DNA of 64,000 nucleotides from Macrostomum lignano (GCA_002269645.1 NIVC01000181.1:62001-126000); one strand, 5' to 3'. Shown: positions 13,901 through 32,679, counted from the stretch's first letter. A program made the numbers and translations. The notes: generated from the letters alone by a model not told the origin.

Positions 13901-16900
13901 GGAGAGAGACAGGGAGAGAGACAGGGAGAGAGACAGGGAGAGAGACAGGGAGAGAGACAGGGAGAGACAGGGAGAGAGACAGGTAGAGACAGGGAGAGAG
14001 ACAGGGAGAGAGACAGGGAGAGACAGGGAGAGAGACAGGGAGAGACAGGGAGAGAGACAGGGAGAGACAGGGAGAGAGACTGGGAGAGAGACAGGGAGAG
14101 ACAGGGAGAGAGACAGGGAGAGACAGGTAGAGACAGGGAGAGAGACTGGGAGAGAGACAGATGACTGATAAATAACAGAAAAGGCTCTGTCCACAGGAAT
14201 GCTTCATTGCGCGAGGCTAAATTTTAATGACAGTAATTTAATCTAGAAAAATGGCAGACGAGAGGCACGGGTTATGCCAGTTTAATTCAGTAAGAAGGCC
14301 GCTGTTTGACACGAACTGGCCATTAAATAAATTGGATTCTGAATGGAAGGCGCCGCAGGACGATCAATCCATCAATACGGTATTGGGATTTGGGGATTAC
14401 AGACGGTTTCTCTGCGATGCTGCAGATCCGCTTGCTAGCTTTAAAACTGCGAATACAGGCTTAGCTATGCTATGAATACACTGACACTGAAGCTACACTG
14501 AAGAAATACTGAAGCTGCACTGAAGCTGCACTGAAGCTACACTGAAGAAATACTGAAGCTGCACTGAAGCTGCACTGAAGCTACACTGAAGAAATACTGA
14601 AGCTACACTGAAGCTAAACTGAAGAAATACTGAAGCTACTCTGAAGCTACACTGAAGGAATACTGAAGCTACACTGAAGCTAAACTGAAGAAATACTGAA
14701 GCTACTCTGAAGCTACACTGAAGAAATACTGAAGCTACACTGAAGCTGCACTGAAGCTACACTGAAGAAATACTGAAGCTACACTGAAGCTACACTGAAG
14801 AAATACTGAAGCTACACTGAAGCTAAACTGAAGAAATACTGAAGCTACTCTGAGGCTACACTGAAGAAATACTGAAGCTACACTGAAGCTACACTGAAGA
14901 AATACTGAAGCTACTCTGAAGCTACACTGAAGGAATACTGAAGCTACACTGAAGCTAAACTGAAGAAATACTGAAGCTACTCTGAAGCTACACTGAAGGA
15001 ATACTGAAGCTACACTGAAGCTAAACTGAAGAAATACTGAAGCTACTCTGAAGCTACACTGAAGAAATACTGAAGCTACACTGAAGCTACACTGAAGAAA
15101 TACTGAAGCTACACTGAAGCTGCACTGAAGCTACACTGAAGAAATACTGAAGCTACTCTGAAGCTACACTGAAGGAATACTGAAGCTACACTAAAGCTAA
15201 ACTGAAGAAATACTGAAGCTACTCTGAAGCTACACTGAAGAAATACTGACGCTACACTGAAGAAATACTGAAGCTACTCTGAAGGAATACTGAAGCTACA
15301 CTGAAGGAATACTGAAGCTACACTGAAGGAATACTGAGGCTACACTGAAGAAATACTAAAGCTACCCTGAAGCTACACTGAAGATAATACTGAAGTTGTA
15401 TTGCAGACATACTGAAGCTACAATGAAGCAATGCAAACTTACAGTGAAAGTATCATGCGCTTCATAATCTCTGTCTAGAAAAATTCTCGCCTTATCGTAG
15501 AGCTTCAGCGCCTCTGAGGTCATCAGCTCGCTGGAAACAATTGTGTTGTACAATAAAATATTTAGCTTGATTATATGCAGAATTTAATGCTGATACATTG
15601 TTTGGGTTTCAGGCCTCGTAATCGGAATCCGGAAGGGTAGCGTTGACCCTGAGGAACTGGGAGGCTGGCCCAGCAACTGAGGATTCGGGAGGCTGGCTCA
15701 GCAACTGGGGATCTGGGAGGCTGGCCCAGCAACTGAGGATCTGGGAGGCTGGCTCAGCAACTGAGAATCTGGAAGGCTGGCTCAGCAACTGAGGATCTGG
15801 GAGGCTGGCTCAGCAACTGAGGATCTGGGAGGCTGGCCCAGCAACTGAGGATCTGGGAGGCTGGCTCAGCAACTGAGGATCTGGGAGGCTGGCCCAGCAA
15901 CTGAGAATCTGGGAGGCTGGCTCAGCAACTGAGGATCTGGGAGGCTGGCCCAGCAACTGAGGATCTGGGAGGCTGGCCCAGCAACTGAGGATCTGGGAGG
16001 CTGGCCCAGCAACTGAGGATCTGGGAGGCTGGCCCAGCAACTGAGGATCTGAGAGGGCTGGCTCAGCAACTGGGGATCTGGGAGGCTGGCCCAGCAACTG
16101 AGGATCTGGGAGGCTGGCCCAGCAACTGAGGATCTGGGAGGCTGGCCCAGCAACTGAGGATCTGAGAGGCTGGCCCAGCAACTGAGGATCTGAGAGGCTG
16201 GCCCAGCAACTGAGGATCTGGGAGGCTGGCCCAGCAACTGAGGATCTGGGAGGCTGGCCCAGCAACTGAGGATTCGGGAGGCTGGCTCAGCAACTGGGGA
16301 TCTGGGAGGCTGGCTCAGCAACTGAGGATCTGGGAGGCTGGCTCAGCAACTGAGGATCTGGAAGGCTGGCTCAGCAACTGAGGATTCGGGAGGCTGGCTC
16401 AGCAACTGGGGATCTGGGAGGCTGGCTCAGCAACTGACACTCTGGGAGGCTGGCTCAGCAACTGAGAATCTGGAAGGCTGGCTCAGCAACTGAGAATCTG
16501 GAAGGCTGGCTCAGAAACTGAGGATCTGGGAGGCTGGCTCAGCAACTGAGGATCTGGGAGGCTGGCTCAGCAACTGAGGATCTGGAAGGCTGGCTCAGCA
16601 ACTGAGGATCTGGGAGGCTGGCCCAGCAACTGAGGATCTGAGAGGCTGGCTCAGCAACTGAGGATCTGGGAGGCTGGCTCAGCAACTGAGGATCTGGGAG
16701 GCTGGCCCAGCAACTGAAGATCTGGGTGGCTGGCCCAGCAACTGAGAATCTGGAAGGCTGGCTCAGAAACTGAGGATCTGGGAGGCTGGCTCAGCAACTG
16801 AGGATCTGAGAGGCTGGCCCAGCAACTGAGGATCTGGAAGGCTGGCCCAGCAACTGAGGATCTGGGAGGCTGGCCCAGCAACTGAGGATCTGGGAGGCTG

Positions 16901-18338
16901 GCCCAGCAACTGAGGATCTGGGAGGCTGGCTCAGCAACTGAGGATCTGGGAGGCTGGCTCAGCAACTGAGGATCTGGGAGGCTGGCCCAGCAACTGAGGA
17001 TCTGAGAGGCTGGCCCAGCAACTGAGGCTCTGGGAGGCCGGCCCAGCAACTGAGGATCTGGGAGGCTGGCCCAGCAACTGAGGATCTGGGAGGCTGGCCC
17101 AGCAACTGAGGATCTGGGAGGCTGGCCCAGAAACTGAGGATCTGGGAGGCTGGCCCAGAAACAGAGGATCTGAGAGGCTGGCCCAGCAACTGAGGATCTG
17201 GGAGGCTGGCCAAGCAACTGAGAATCTGGGAGGCTGGCCCAGCAACTGAGGATCTGGGAGGCTGGCCCAGCAACTGGGGATCTGGGAGGCTGGCCCAGCA
17301 ACTGGGGATCTGGGAGGCTGGCCCAGCAACTGAGGATCTGGGAGGCTGGCCCAGCAACTGAGGATCTGAGAGGCTGGCCCAGCAACTGAGGATCTGGGAG
17401 GCTGGCCCAGCAACTGGGGATCTGGGAGGCTGGCCCAGCAACTGGGGATCTGGGAGGCTGGCCCAGCAACTGGGGATCTGGGAGGCTGGCCCAGCAACTG
17501 AGGATCTGAGAGGCTGGCCCAGCAACTGAGGATCTGGGAGGCTGGCTCAGCAACTGAGGATCTGGGAGGCTGGCCCAGCAACTGAGGATCTGGGAGGCTG
17601 GCCCAGCAACTGAGGAACTGGGAGGCTGGCCCAGCAACTGGGGATCTGGGAGGCTGGCCCAGCAACTGGGGATCTGGGAGGCTGGCCCAGCAACTGAGGA
17701 TCTGGGAGGCTGGCCTAGCAACTGAATATTTTCTACTGACAGTGCAAAATAGCCAAGTAAAAATCCGAATTCCCAGTTAACACGCGCAGATCAATGGCTG
17801 GCACATCTTAGCAAACTTTTTTTATTCCATAAAACCAAGCCAACCTACCTCTTTGCTCTGGAACCCCGTCTCACACACTGGACTCCTCCCGTTCTCAGAA
17901 ATAGATAAAAATTCCATTTGCCAGATAAAAATCGCATTAGCCGCTTAAGGACGTCCGCAAGGAAGGGGAGGCCAAATCAACCCATTGCTATTAACCACTC
18001 CATTCCGACTGCTCCCAGAGGATGGCAGGCAGACTCGCATCCTTGGCTCTCAGAAGAGAGACTGTGCCAAGTGCAAAGTGCCCAGAATGGGCCAGAGGTG
18101 ATGCCGGCTTTGAGATCCCAAATTCCCACGTGGGATGAGAAAGTGGAGGATTCCCCCGCAGTCTACTCGGGATAAAAGGAAGCGAGGAGAGAGGCAGGAA
18201 GACAGTGAGCATCTAATTAGCAGAGGAATTGGGTTGCCCCGATGGGAAGAGAAATCGTGTCGGAGGGGGTGGCAGAGAAGGCAGAGACAGAAGCAGTCAC
18301 TCGGCAAGGGAAAAGCTGGCAAAAAGGGAGGTAGGCAA

Positions 18339-18396
<58 letters not shown>

Positions 18397-19438
18397 TACC
18401 CTATCAACCTCAATTTCCGAGTGCCTTCTTTCAATTAAATTTTCTGTCAAGACAATCCGTCTGCCAGCGTGGATTAAGCTACTCATCTGGATAAGCTCAC
18501 CTAATCCACGAGTCAACATTGGGCATCGATTTCGTGAAATTCTTGCCGCCAATTTCCTGGCAGTGGACAGCGATGAGATCTGGATCCTTGTCGGAAATAG
18601 CCTGACAATTTTTTATCAGATTAAATTGAGTTTGCTGTTGAGGAATAGCATTATAATACACAATAACAATATAACAGCTATATGCAATCTGTACCTGGAA
18701 AAGGTTCTTCAACCATGGTTGTAGCAAGTGCTTCTGTAGAGGATTTATAAAATATATTTATAAAATTATCCAGATTTTAATTTTAATGAAGTCATAACTG
18801 TATAATATAACTTCCTTTATGTACACAAGAAAAGGAAGAAAAAATAGAACTTTATTTTTTTCATTTTATATTGTAGGCATTAAAAAAATCAACCAAACAT
18901 TATTTGAATCTAATAATCAATTGGTATAAAAAGAATCAATAAAAAGGCTTTTTGCTTGATATTTCATCACAAATAGTTCACAGGAATTATGGATAAATTA
19001 TAAGTGAAATCAAATAACAAAGAATAGGATTTTTATAGTTTAAACATTTAGACTTTTTGCATGCCTAAATGAACTATTTAAAAATATTATAATTCTAAAA
19101 TACAAAAAAGAAATATCTTCCATTATAAATAACGAAAAATTCTAAAGACACAAAAGTTTTTAATTAACTCTCAGAATTTAATTTTAGCTAAATTCTGAGA
19201 AGTAACAGCAATTTAACTTTAAGCAAATATAAAACAGCCCATACAAACTTCAAACAACTGTGGTTCTTGATTTAGCAAAATTAAAGGTACAGCAAGACTT
19301 AAACAGAATCGTACCAAAAAGCAACAATAAACAAAATCAAGAAACACAAATTTGACAGAAACACAAATTACTCACGTGGTCAAACAGTGATCCAACGTTC
19401 GCAGTGATGAGAAGAGTTTTTAAGTTGTCTCTATCCAT
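1986..19438 (-). CDS. INPP5A: Type I inositol-1,4,5-trisphosphate 5-phosphatase (INPP5A-like), 11 exons
   Basis: Exons with GT-AG sites and consistent phases: 19438-19376 ([21 protein letters not shown]), 18733-18695, 18601-18501 ([12 protein letters not shown]), 15530-15443, 12768-12673 (ALGSLYFVH), 7841-7770, 7336-7220 ([10 protein letters not shown]...[13 protein letters not shown]), 6602-6375 ([10 protein letters not shown]), 5550-5392, 4716-4416 (FPPTYPFSE...[11 protein letters not shown]...GDHKPV) and 2155-1986 (last exon less certain). Motifs are collinear with the INPP5A family. Confidence 0.93.
2205..4310. repeat. 21-bp minisatellite (~100 copies) filling the last INPP5A intron
   Basis: Unit ATGAGTGTCTATGGCGCTAAA; source of the spurious MSVYGAK ORFs. 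Confidence 0.97.
4780..5310. repeat. ~18-bp degenerate minisatellite (INPP5A intron 9)
   Basis: Unit ~TTTGATCGATAATCCCAT. Confidence 0.9.
5620..6359. repeat. 21-bp minisatellite (INPP5A intron 8)
   Basis: Unit ATTCACAACCTCAACTACCCG. Confidence 0.96.
6651..7190. repeat. 11-bp minisatellite (INPP5A intron 7)
   Basis: Unit TGACCCTACTC. Confidence 0.95.
7435..7715. repeat. 28-bp minisatellite (INPP5A intron 6)
   Basis: Unit ACGCATAGAGATACTGTACATTGAATGY. Confidence 0.95.
8195..8530. repeat. 21-bp minisatellite (INPP5A intron 5)
   Basis: Unit AGACCTGAGTCACTCGCACTC. Confidence 0.93.
8950..9560. repeat. 12-bp minisatellite (INPP5A intron 5)
   Basis: Unit GGAGTAGACAGY. Confidence 0.92.
10230..10690. 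repeat. GA-rich ~28-30-bp minisatellite (INPP5A intron 5)
   Basis: Unit ~GAGAGATAAGAGCCAGAGAAGTAGAGACGT. Confidence 0.88.
11290..12667. repeat. 21-bp minisatellite abutting the INPP5A exon-5 donor
   Basis: Unit AATCAGCACTGAGACAGACAC, ~65 copies; source of the 560/505-aa repeat ORFs. Confidence 0.97.
13566..14160. repeat. 12-bp purine-rich minisatellite (INPP5A intron 4)
   Basis: Unit GGAGAGAGACAG. Confidence 0.95.
14476..15395. repeat. 11-bp-based higher-order minisatellite (INPP5A intron 4)
   Basis: Alternating CTGAAGCTACA and CTGAAGAAATA subunits. Confidence 0.95.
15640..17725 (-). repeat. 28-bp minisatellite family A (~74 copies, INPP5A intron 3)
   Basis: Plus-strand unit TGAGGATCTGGGAGGCTGGCCCAGCAAC is the reverse complement of the array at 1-493. 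Confidence 0.97.
18343..18397. repeat. (CT)n microsatellite
   Basis: Direct reading. Confidence 0.9.
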
Positions 19439-20054
19439 TTACCTTTTGTCAACTTTGAGTGAATAAAAATTAACTTAAAGTTACATTGCTTGATGGGTAA
19501 ACTAAGTTTTAGAAAAATAACCAAATCGAAATCCTCAAGTTTAACAGAGTGGATCGTGTTCACAAAATACTTCTTTCTTAGTAAGTTCCTATAAAATATT
19601 TTTTCGTAAAGGTGCCACTGCGTTGCGATGTAATAACGAGCATTTGAAAAAGCCGGGTATCAAATAATTCAGATAATTTTGCTCTGCGGATTTATTCGTA
19701 TTTTTTCAAACTGTTTTTGCACCCGATAATAAACTTGAATGCATGCTTTAATTAATTGAAAGCAACTCTTTGTCTATATCCGGTTCACTCTGACCATTTC
19801 CTGCTCAATTCTTGCTCATTCCCTGTTCAAAAAACGTAGATTCTCTTAAAGATATTTTTTCATATATTTAAAAACGTCTATCAATCTGAGGTGTCTTTTA
19901 ATTTTCAGGTGAGTTTTTTCAAAAAAAATTTTTGCTAAAATGGTGATAGGCTTTACAAATGGCCGATAAGCGCTTACTACTAACAATATCGTCTTGTTGT
20001 ACTCGTACATGTAGTTTCCTTACATCAAACTACATGTACATGTTTCCTACATGT

Positions 20055-20346
20055 CACCAGGGGCGTCGCTATGGGGGACATGCCCCCTAGTAAAAGCTAT
20101 GGGGTGACATGGCAATGTTTTGTCCTCACCCCACCTTGTGATCTGTTATGGAAATCAATGATTTTGCTTCAGGGAGAGAAAACATAGCGCCTGCGGCACC
20201 AAAATGTGTTCCTGCGGCGCCAAATTGAGCGCTGACAATTTCTAAATGTAATTATAACGTAAATGTAAAATTTAGTCATGTACAATATACATGTAGAATT
20301 CTTAGCTTTGTCCCCCGCCATAAAATCCACGGCGACGCCCCTGGTG
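20055..20346. mobile_element. MITE-like non-autonomous DNA transposon
   Basis: Perfect 15-bp terminal inverted repeats CACCAGGGGCGTCGC (20055-20069) and GCGACGCCCCTGGTG (20332-20346); 292 bp, non-coding; no clear TSD. Confidence 0.65.
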
Positions 20347-20663
20347 TACAACACTATAAGTTTCAGAAGTTATCTCTGCTGTCCGAATGCTGCAGACGTA
20401 CCAGGAAAATTAAAGGAATTAAAGTGCATAAATAAAAAAAGTTTAGACCCGAACTACTATAAGTTTAAAAACTTTTTGATCTACATGTTTGTTTTCTTAT
20501 CTGTTGTGTTATAATATACTCGTATTTTGTGCTATAATACGAGTACACATTACTAAACATCTCAATACATGTACGTGGGAACTTGATTCAGTTGTCTATA
20601 TTTATTCTCTCTAGTACTCATATAACGTACATGGATTTGACAAACTCGCCAAAACCTGAATTA

Positions 20664-21345
20664 GCGTAGGAACGTTTCAAAAAGTGGGGGCCAGGTTCAG
20701 TGGCGGATTTAGGGGGGGGGGGTGGCGCACAGGGCGTACGCCCCCCCGTCGAGTTACATTTTTTTATATGCGAAATGCACATTATCATATTGTACCGATT
20801 ATTTACAGAATCGGTGTTGTCAGCACTTATTTTGGCGCCGCAGGCGGGGGGCATCACAAATCCGAAAAACAAAATAGCAACGCCCATCATAAACCCGAAA
20901 AATCACAAACCCGAAATATCATAACTCCGAAAGTTCTAGCAATGTCCAACACTATTCTGGTTTTCGGAGTTATGATTTTTCGGGCTTATGATATTTCGGG
21001 TTTATATTTCGGGTTTTATTATATTTCGGGTTTATGATGGGAAGTGCTTTCGGAGTTGTGATTTTCGGGTTTATGATGGCGACCCCCGCAGGCACTCATT
21101 TTGGCGCCGCAGGCACTCATTTTGGCGCCGCAGGCACTCATTTTGGCGCCGCAGGCGCCATGTTTTGTCGTCCTGCAGCAAAATGCATTCATGCAAAGCA
21201 GCAAAAACCAGAAATAAGAGTAAAAAAAAGCAAAAAAGTCTACATTTTGAATTTAAAATGTGGAGGGGCCAGATTACCATTACTGCCCCCACCCACTTTT
21301 TAAAGTGGGGGGCCATGGCCCCACTGCCCCCCCCCGTTCCTACGC
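20664..21345. mobile_element. Composite MITE-like element(s)
   Basis: 11-bp inverted ends GCGTAGGAACG / CGTTCCTACGC, internal CAGTGGCGGATTTAGGGGG transposon-end-like motif at ~20699, TTTTCGGG short repeats, and three copies of a 21-bp motif at 21088-21158. Confidence 0.5.
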
Positions 21346-21665
21346 CTATGACCTGAACCCGACTGTACATTTTGGTCAACTAACAGTTAAACTCTATAAC
21401 TATATCTGGGCGTTATTTTCTATTAATACTACTTCGATTAGTAGAGTGATTAGACCTGATAATGAAAAAACTGGAGGCGCAATAAACGCATGCTGAAGTC
21501 CTGCGATATCAGATTGGCTCTTTGCAGTGGCACTCAATCGCTATATATATATGCATTTTGGTTGCTAAATATGCTTGTGCACACCTTCTTGAAAACTACA
21601 AAAATATCGCGCAAATCTTTTTGTACCTCGGTCTACAGTCTGCACGTGATTTTGACTGTTAGACA

Positions 21666-22271
21666 ATGAGCTCCAAAGCAAATTGTAAGATTAAACTGTA
21701 AGATTATCTGAATTATGTCACAATCCTCACAATCCGGTAAATTAGCTCCATTAAAAATATCATTTTCTACTTTTTTGTAGATCGTCCGATTGCCTATTGG
21801 CTGATCATAGGCGCCATTCTGATGCAACTCGCTCAGCTTCCCATTGTGCTGGCAGCTGAGGCCAGCAATGATTTGGGTAGTGGCTCTTATCTAATCGATA
21901 TGCCTATTTGTAAAAATATTTTGATTTATTTCTAATTTGCTTCAACTTGACATTGATTTCTCACTGTAGGCAGCGGCATTGACTCCATGCAGCGGCAGGG
22001 AAACATGGAGAACGAATTTTCATCCGGCAAGCGCGAGCCAGAATTGGAATTCCTTGAAAAGCGCCGGGCAGTGTCCGAGTTTCTAGGAAAGCGTCGGCCA
22101 GTGTCCGAGTATCTAGGAAAGCGTCGGCCAGTGTCCGAGTATCTAGGAAAGCGCCGGCCAGTGTCCGAGTATCTAGGAAAGCGTCGGCCGGTGTCGGAGT
22201 ATCTAGGGAAACACCGGCCAGTGTCCGAGTATCTGGGAAAGCGTCGGCCGGTGTCCGAGTTTCTTGGCTAA
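21666..22271 (+). CDS. Neuropeptide precursor, EFLamide/TRH-type: RAVSEFLa, 5x RPVSEYLa, RPVSEFLa
   Basis: Exon 1 is 21666-21684 (MSSKAN; alternative 21715-21736 MSQSSQS, also phase 1). Exon 2 21781-21876 encodes a hydrophobic signal peptide (RPIAYWLIIGAILMQLAQLPIVLAAEA). Exon 3 21970-22271 has seven 10-aa repeats with G-KR amidation/cleavage sites. Confidence 0.88.
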
Positions 22272-22844
22272 GATTAAAAATATTTGTTGCAATAGATTTG
22301 CATCGATACTGTTTTGTCCAACCTTAGAAATTAAAATCCAAATAAACAAACGGACCACTGAACTACCTTTGTTTCGGTTATTTATCATTCTAACTTCAAT
22401 TTTTATTGTCATACGGCTTTGCGTGAGCAGTTTATTTTTCTTTTTGTTAATTTTCGACTGCCTGTCTGCAAAGCAAAAATCGAAGAATTGAAAGCAGAAT
22501 TATAATCCAATTATTTTCTGGGAATACGCTTGTATTGCTCTTCAGGGATTTGGGCATCCTTGGCAATGCCGCAAACTTGCTGCATGAGCATAGCAGATCA
22601 ATGCCATGAAATAAAACCTTGAAAAGTAATTGCACCGTCATAAAAACTCTCTCTGATGTCTGTAATAATTTTGTGTCGTAAAGATTGAGAGGCTGAGTAG
22701 CCATGCAAGACATCTGCTTCTGGCTTCTGTTCGCTGACTTGCTCGGTGCTGCTTCTGTGCAATGAAACTACGAGCGTAATTAGCAATTAGCAGATGAAAT
22801 TATTTGCAGTTGACAGACAGTGAACTGCAGTGAATGCTCAAAGA

Positions 22845-23800
<956 letters not shown>

Positions 23801-24777
23801 CCAAAACAGAATGTCGATAAGCTGTCAAAGAAGCAACACGCAGTAGTCAAGTGAGTCACATTTAGTTTTTAATAACTGAAAACACGCAGCGCCCGTTTCA
23901 GTCACAAAGACAATTTTTTGTATTTTTAACTAAGCATAATTTGCAACTACAGAAGATACAAAAAATATGTAACTATACACGCAATTTTAGTACAGTATCA
24001 AGGCTTTTGTCTATGGTCAAAACAGATCATTTAGGACAGTTTTTTTGTTTTTTTTTCATATTTTGTTAGCGCATTGCGAGCAGCAGCACGATTGAAGCAG
24101 AATGGCGATCGAACATTAAAATACGAATTTTTGGCGACGAACTTTGACAACAAGACGAAAAATTTTAGTTACGATTTTGGTGCAAAATTTCGAACGAAAA
24201 AGGTGAGCAGCGTGGCTGGTATTGATCGAGTGAGGTCGGAGGCAGTCTCTTGGTCTTGCCTTGTTTTGTTTGGTGCGTTGGGCAAAAAATGTGCAAATTA
24301 AATCGAATAGAAAATAGTGAAATCTGTAGAAATCTGAGCACAAAGAAGAGCAGAAAATTTGTGACAGGAAAATATTTGGACTCCTAAAAAATAGCCCGAC
24401 AAAAACAGGCAGAAATGCGGCAAATATTGGTGAGCACACGAAATTCCCTAAAAGCAGCACCGCAGGTGGAACAAATCACAAAGAAAGGGAAAAAAGAAAA
24501 CCCAGAAAAGCTGGCACAGAAAATGCGGGGAGCTTAAAAAATCTAGTTTTGAATGCACAAACTACTCTACTGAAAGTAACACGCTTTGAAAACTGATTTC
24601 TTTTATAATTCCGACAGCCGTAACGCCGAACAAAACGAGCCCAAGATGAAGAATGTGCTGCCACCGCCGCCACTGCCACCGCCGCTGCCGTCGTCGCCCC
24701 GTCGCCAGAGTCGAGTCGCCAATCGCATCATTGATTGATCAACCAATCGCTTTCAATCGGGCATGCGTCAGGCTTCC

Positions 24778-30318
<5,541 letters not shown>

Positions 30319-30420
30319 GGCTTACGTCAGTTGACTGTCGGTATTCTATTGCCTGTGTTGCTCTGTGTCTCACAAATCGAGTTTAAAAGTTTTTTGAGTT
30401 ATTTTCTTAATTCTTGACAG

Positions 30421-30565
30421 CCGGTTTTATGCAACAGACTGAGGCTGGGGCGGAGGACGGCTCATCCAATAGCGAGCTGTGACCAAATGTCATTGGCTGG
30501 CGGCCTGGAATGAGGGGTCGGTGTGTGCGCACCGATATTCCAGCTGTGAAACCCTGTTGCGTCAT
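30421..30565 (-). promoter_or_regulatory. Putative ovo1 core/proximal promoter
   Basis: On the minus strand: ATGACGCAACAG (30565-30554), CCAGCCAATGA (30500-30490), CTATTGG (30472-30466), CCTCAGTCTG and CATAAAACCGG (30431-30421). All are conserved in order upstream of ovo2. Confidence 0.75.
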
Positions 30566-31109
30566 CAACTGCCTCCCCCTAAGGCTGCGGTAACTCACCA
30601 TGCCCAACTGAAGAATAGAAAGCTAGGCTGGCACCCCGCTGGTCTGAAGCCGCCGATTGAGGTGCAAAGTTGCGGTCTAAGATGGCGGTTCTTCAGCGTT
30701 GCTTCTTTCATTAGCCCTAAGGGGGTTGTAAAAAGCGTCTCACAGAGTCAACAGCAGGTGGAGTCAGCTGGGGGGAGATTCATCCCCTCATCGACATTTT
30801 ATTGCGCTCTGCAAGATTCGAGTTCGGTAATCAAATCGGTGCAAATTAGTCAATAATAAAATTAGGGAAATTATCCTCACCTAACTGGATGGAGTAATCG
30901 GTTCTATTCGACCTTTGAGAATAGCTCGTAGTGGGTGCCCACTGTGACCGCTGTTGGGTCTGCAAACACCGGGTTTACCTTAGTTTTTTAATTTTAGCAA
31001 TTGAGTAAATTTCCAATGCTAATGGCACTTCGGTTGAGAACGCCTGAAGGCTTTGGGGTAAAAATGCCACTGTGAAAATGGTAGAAAGTTCACAGTCTTA
31101 ATTCTGCTC

Positions 31110-32108
31110 TGAACTATGAAGTCATGCTATGAAGTCATGACCCAAATTGTAGAGTGGCTATGAGCCATGACCCAAATGGTAGAGTGGCTATGAGTCATGA
31201 ACCCATGATAGAGTGGCTATGAGCCATGACCCCATTGCAGAGTGCTATGAGTCATGAATCCATGGTAGAGTGGCTATGAGCCATGACCCCATTGTAGAGT
31301 GGCTATGAGCCATGACCCCATTGTAGAGTGGCTATGAGCCATGATCTCATTTTAGAGTGCTATGAGTCATGAACCCATGGTAGAGTGGCTATGAGCCATG
31401 ACCCCATGATAGAGTGGCTATGAGGCATGACCCCATTGTAGAGTGGCTATGAGCCATGACCCCATGGTAGAGTGGCTATGAGCCATGACCCCATTGTAGA
31501 GTGGCTATGAGCCATGACCCCATGGTAGAGTGGCTATGAGCCATGACCCCATTGTAGAGTGGCTATGAGCCATGACCCCATTGTAGAGTGGCTATGAGCC
31601 ATGATCTCATTTTAGAGTGCTATGAGTCATGAACCCATGGTAGAGTGGCTATGAGCCATGACCCCATGATAGAGTGGCTATGAGGCATGACCCCATTGTA
31701 GAGTGGCTATGAGCCATGACCCCATGGTAGAGTGGCTATGAGCCATGACCCCATTGTAGAGTGGCTATGAGCCATGATCTCATTTTAGAGTGCTATGAGT
31801 CATGAACCCATGGTAGAGTGGCTATGAGCCATGACCCCATGATAGAGTGGCTATGAGGCATGACCCCATTGTAGAGTGGCTATGAGCCATGACCCCATTG
31901 TAGAGTGGCTATGAGCCATGACCCCATTGTAGAGTGGCTATGAGCCATGACCCCATTGTAGAGTGGCTATGAGCCATGACCCCATGGTAGAGTGGCTATG
32001 AGCCATGACCCCATTGCAGAGTGCTATGAGTCATGAACCCATGGTAGAGTGGCTATGAGCCATGACCCCATGGTAGAGTGGCTATGAGTCATGAACTTAT
32101 GGTAGAGT
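31110..32108. repeat. 29-bp minisatellite
   Basis: Unit AGAGTGGCTATGAGCCATGACCCCATKGT. Confidence 0.95.
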
Positions 32109-32679
32109 TTTAGTGTTTTAGCATTCAAACTCTACAAACATATTTTGTCTCCAAGGCTTCGAAGTCAGTGCCTAGCCCTCACGGACAGATCCCTTCTTTC
32201 TGTCTAGATCTGTCAAATTTCTTTCAATTTCAGAAATTGCTTGCCTTGAGGCTCTCACCGCCGCAGGGGAGGAACAAAACTCCAACAAGTTGAAGATTGG
32301 ATGGGCACTGCTATGGCGGGTCACGCTTCTTTGAGTTGAGAGAGTCTGGAACACAGTAATATCATGAACAGTACACAATGGAAGTTTATTGTTTGTGTAC
32401 GTTCTTGGGCTTTCCGCTTCAAAAGAGATTTTTTGTCCTCATTGAAAAGTTTGTCTTCTAGAAGCGGTGAGGCGCTATGAAATTAATTTCCAAGCTTGTG
32501 GAACTGCATTGCTTGGCATGCGATGGTTATCCAAAGCTTCGGTTCAGTTTTCCCTGTTTCTCCAGTTTTGAAGGGAGATGTTAATTGCGCAACCATTGGT
32601 TCGAACCTCCCCAGTATCCGGGGTTAATGAAACTTTGAAAATATGGGCTGAAGGGCAGAATGACGGATAAAAGGACAGA

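Noticed and set aside
8100-14475. Coding-looking islands in INPP5A introns (e.g. [14 protein letters not shown] at ~8150, [20 protein letters not shown] at ~9670, ORFs 12742-13413 and 14251-14475) as a nested gene
   Set aside because: No recognisable domain and no consistent splice chain could be built; they may be TE remnants. BLASTX or RNA-seq would be needed.
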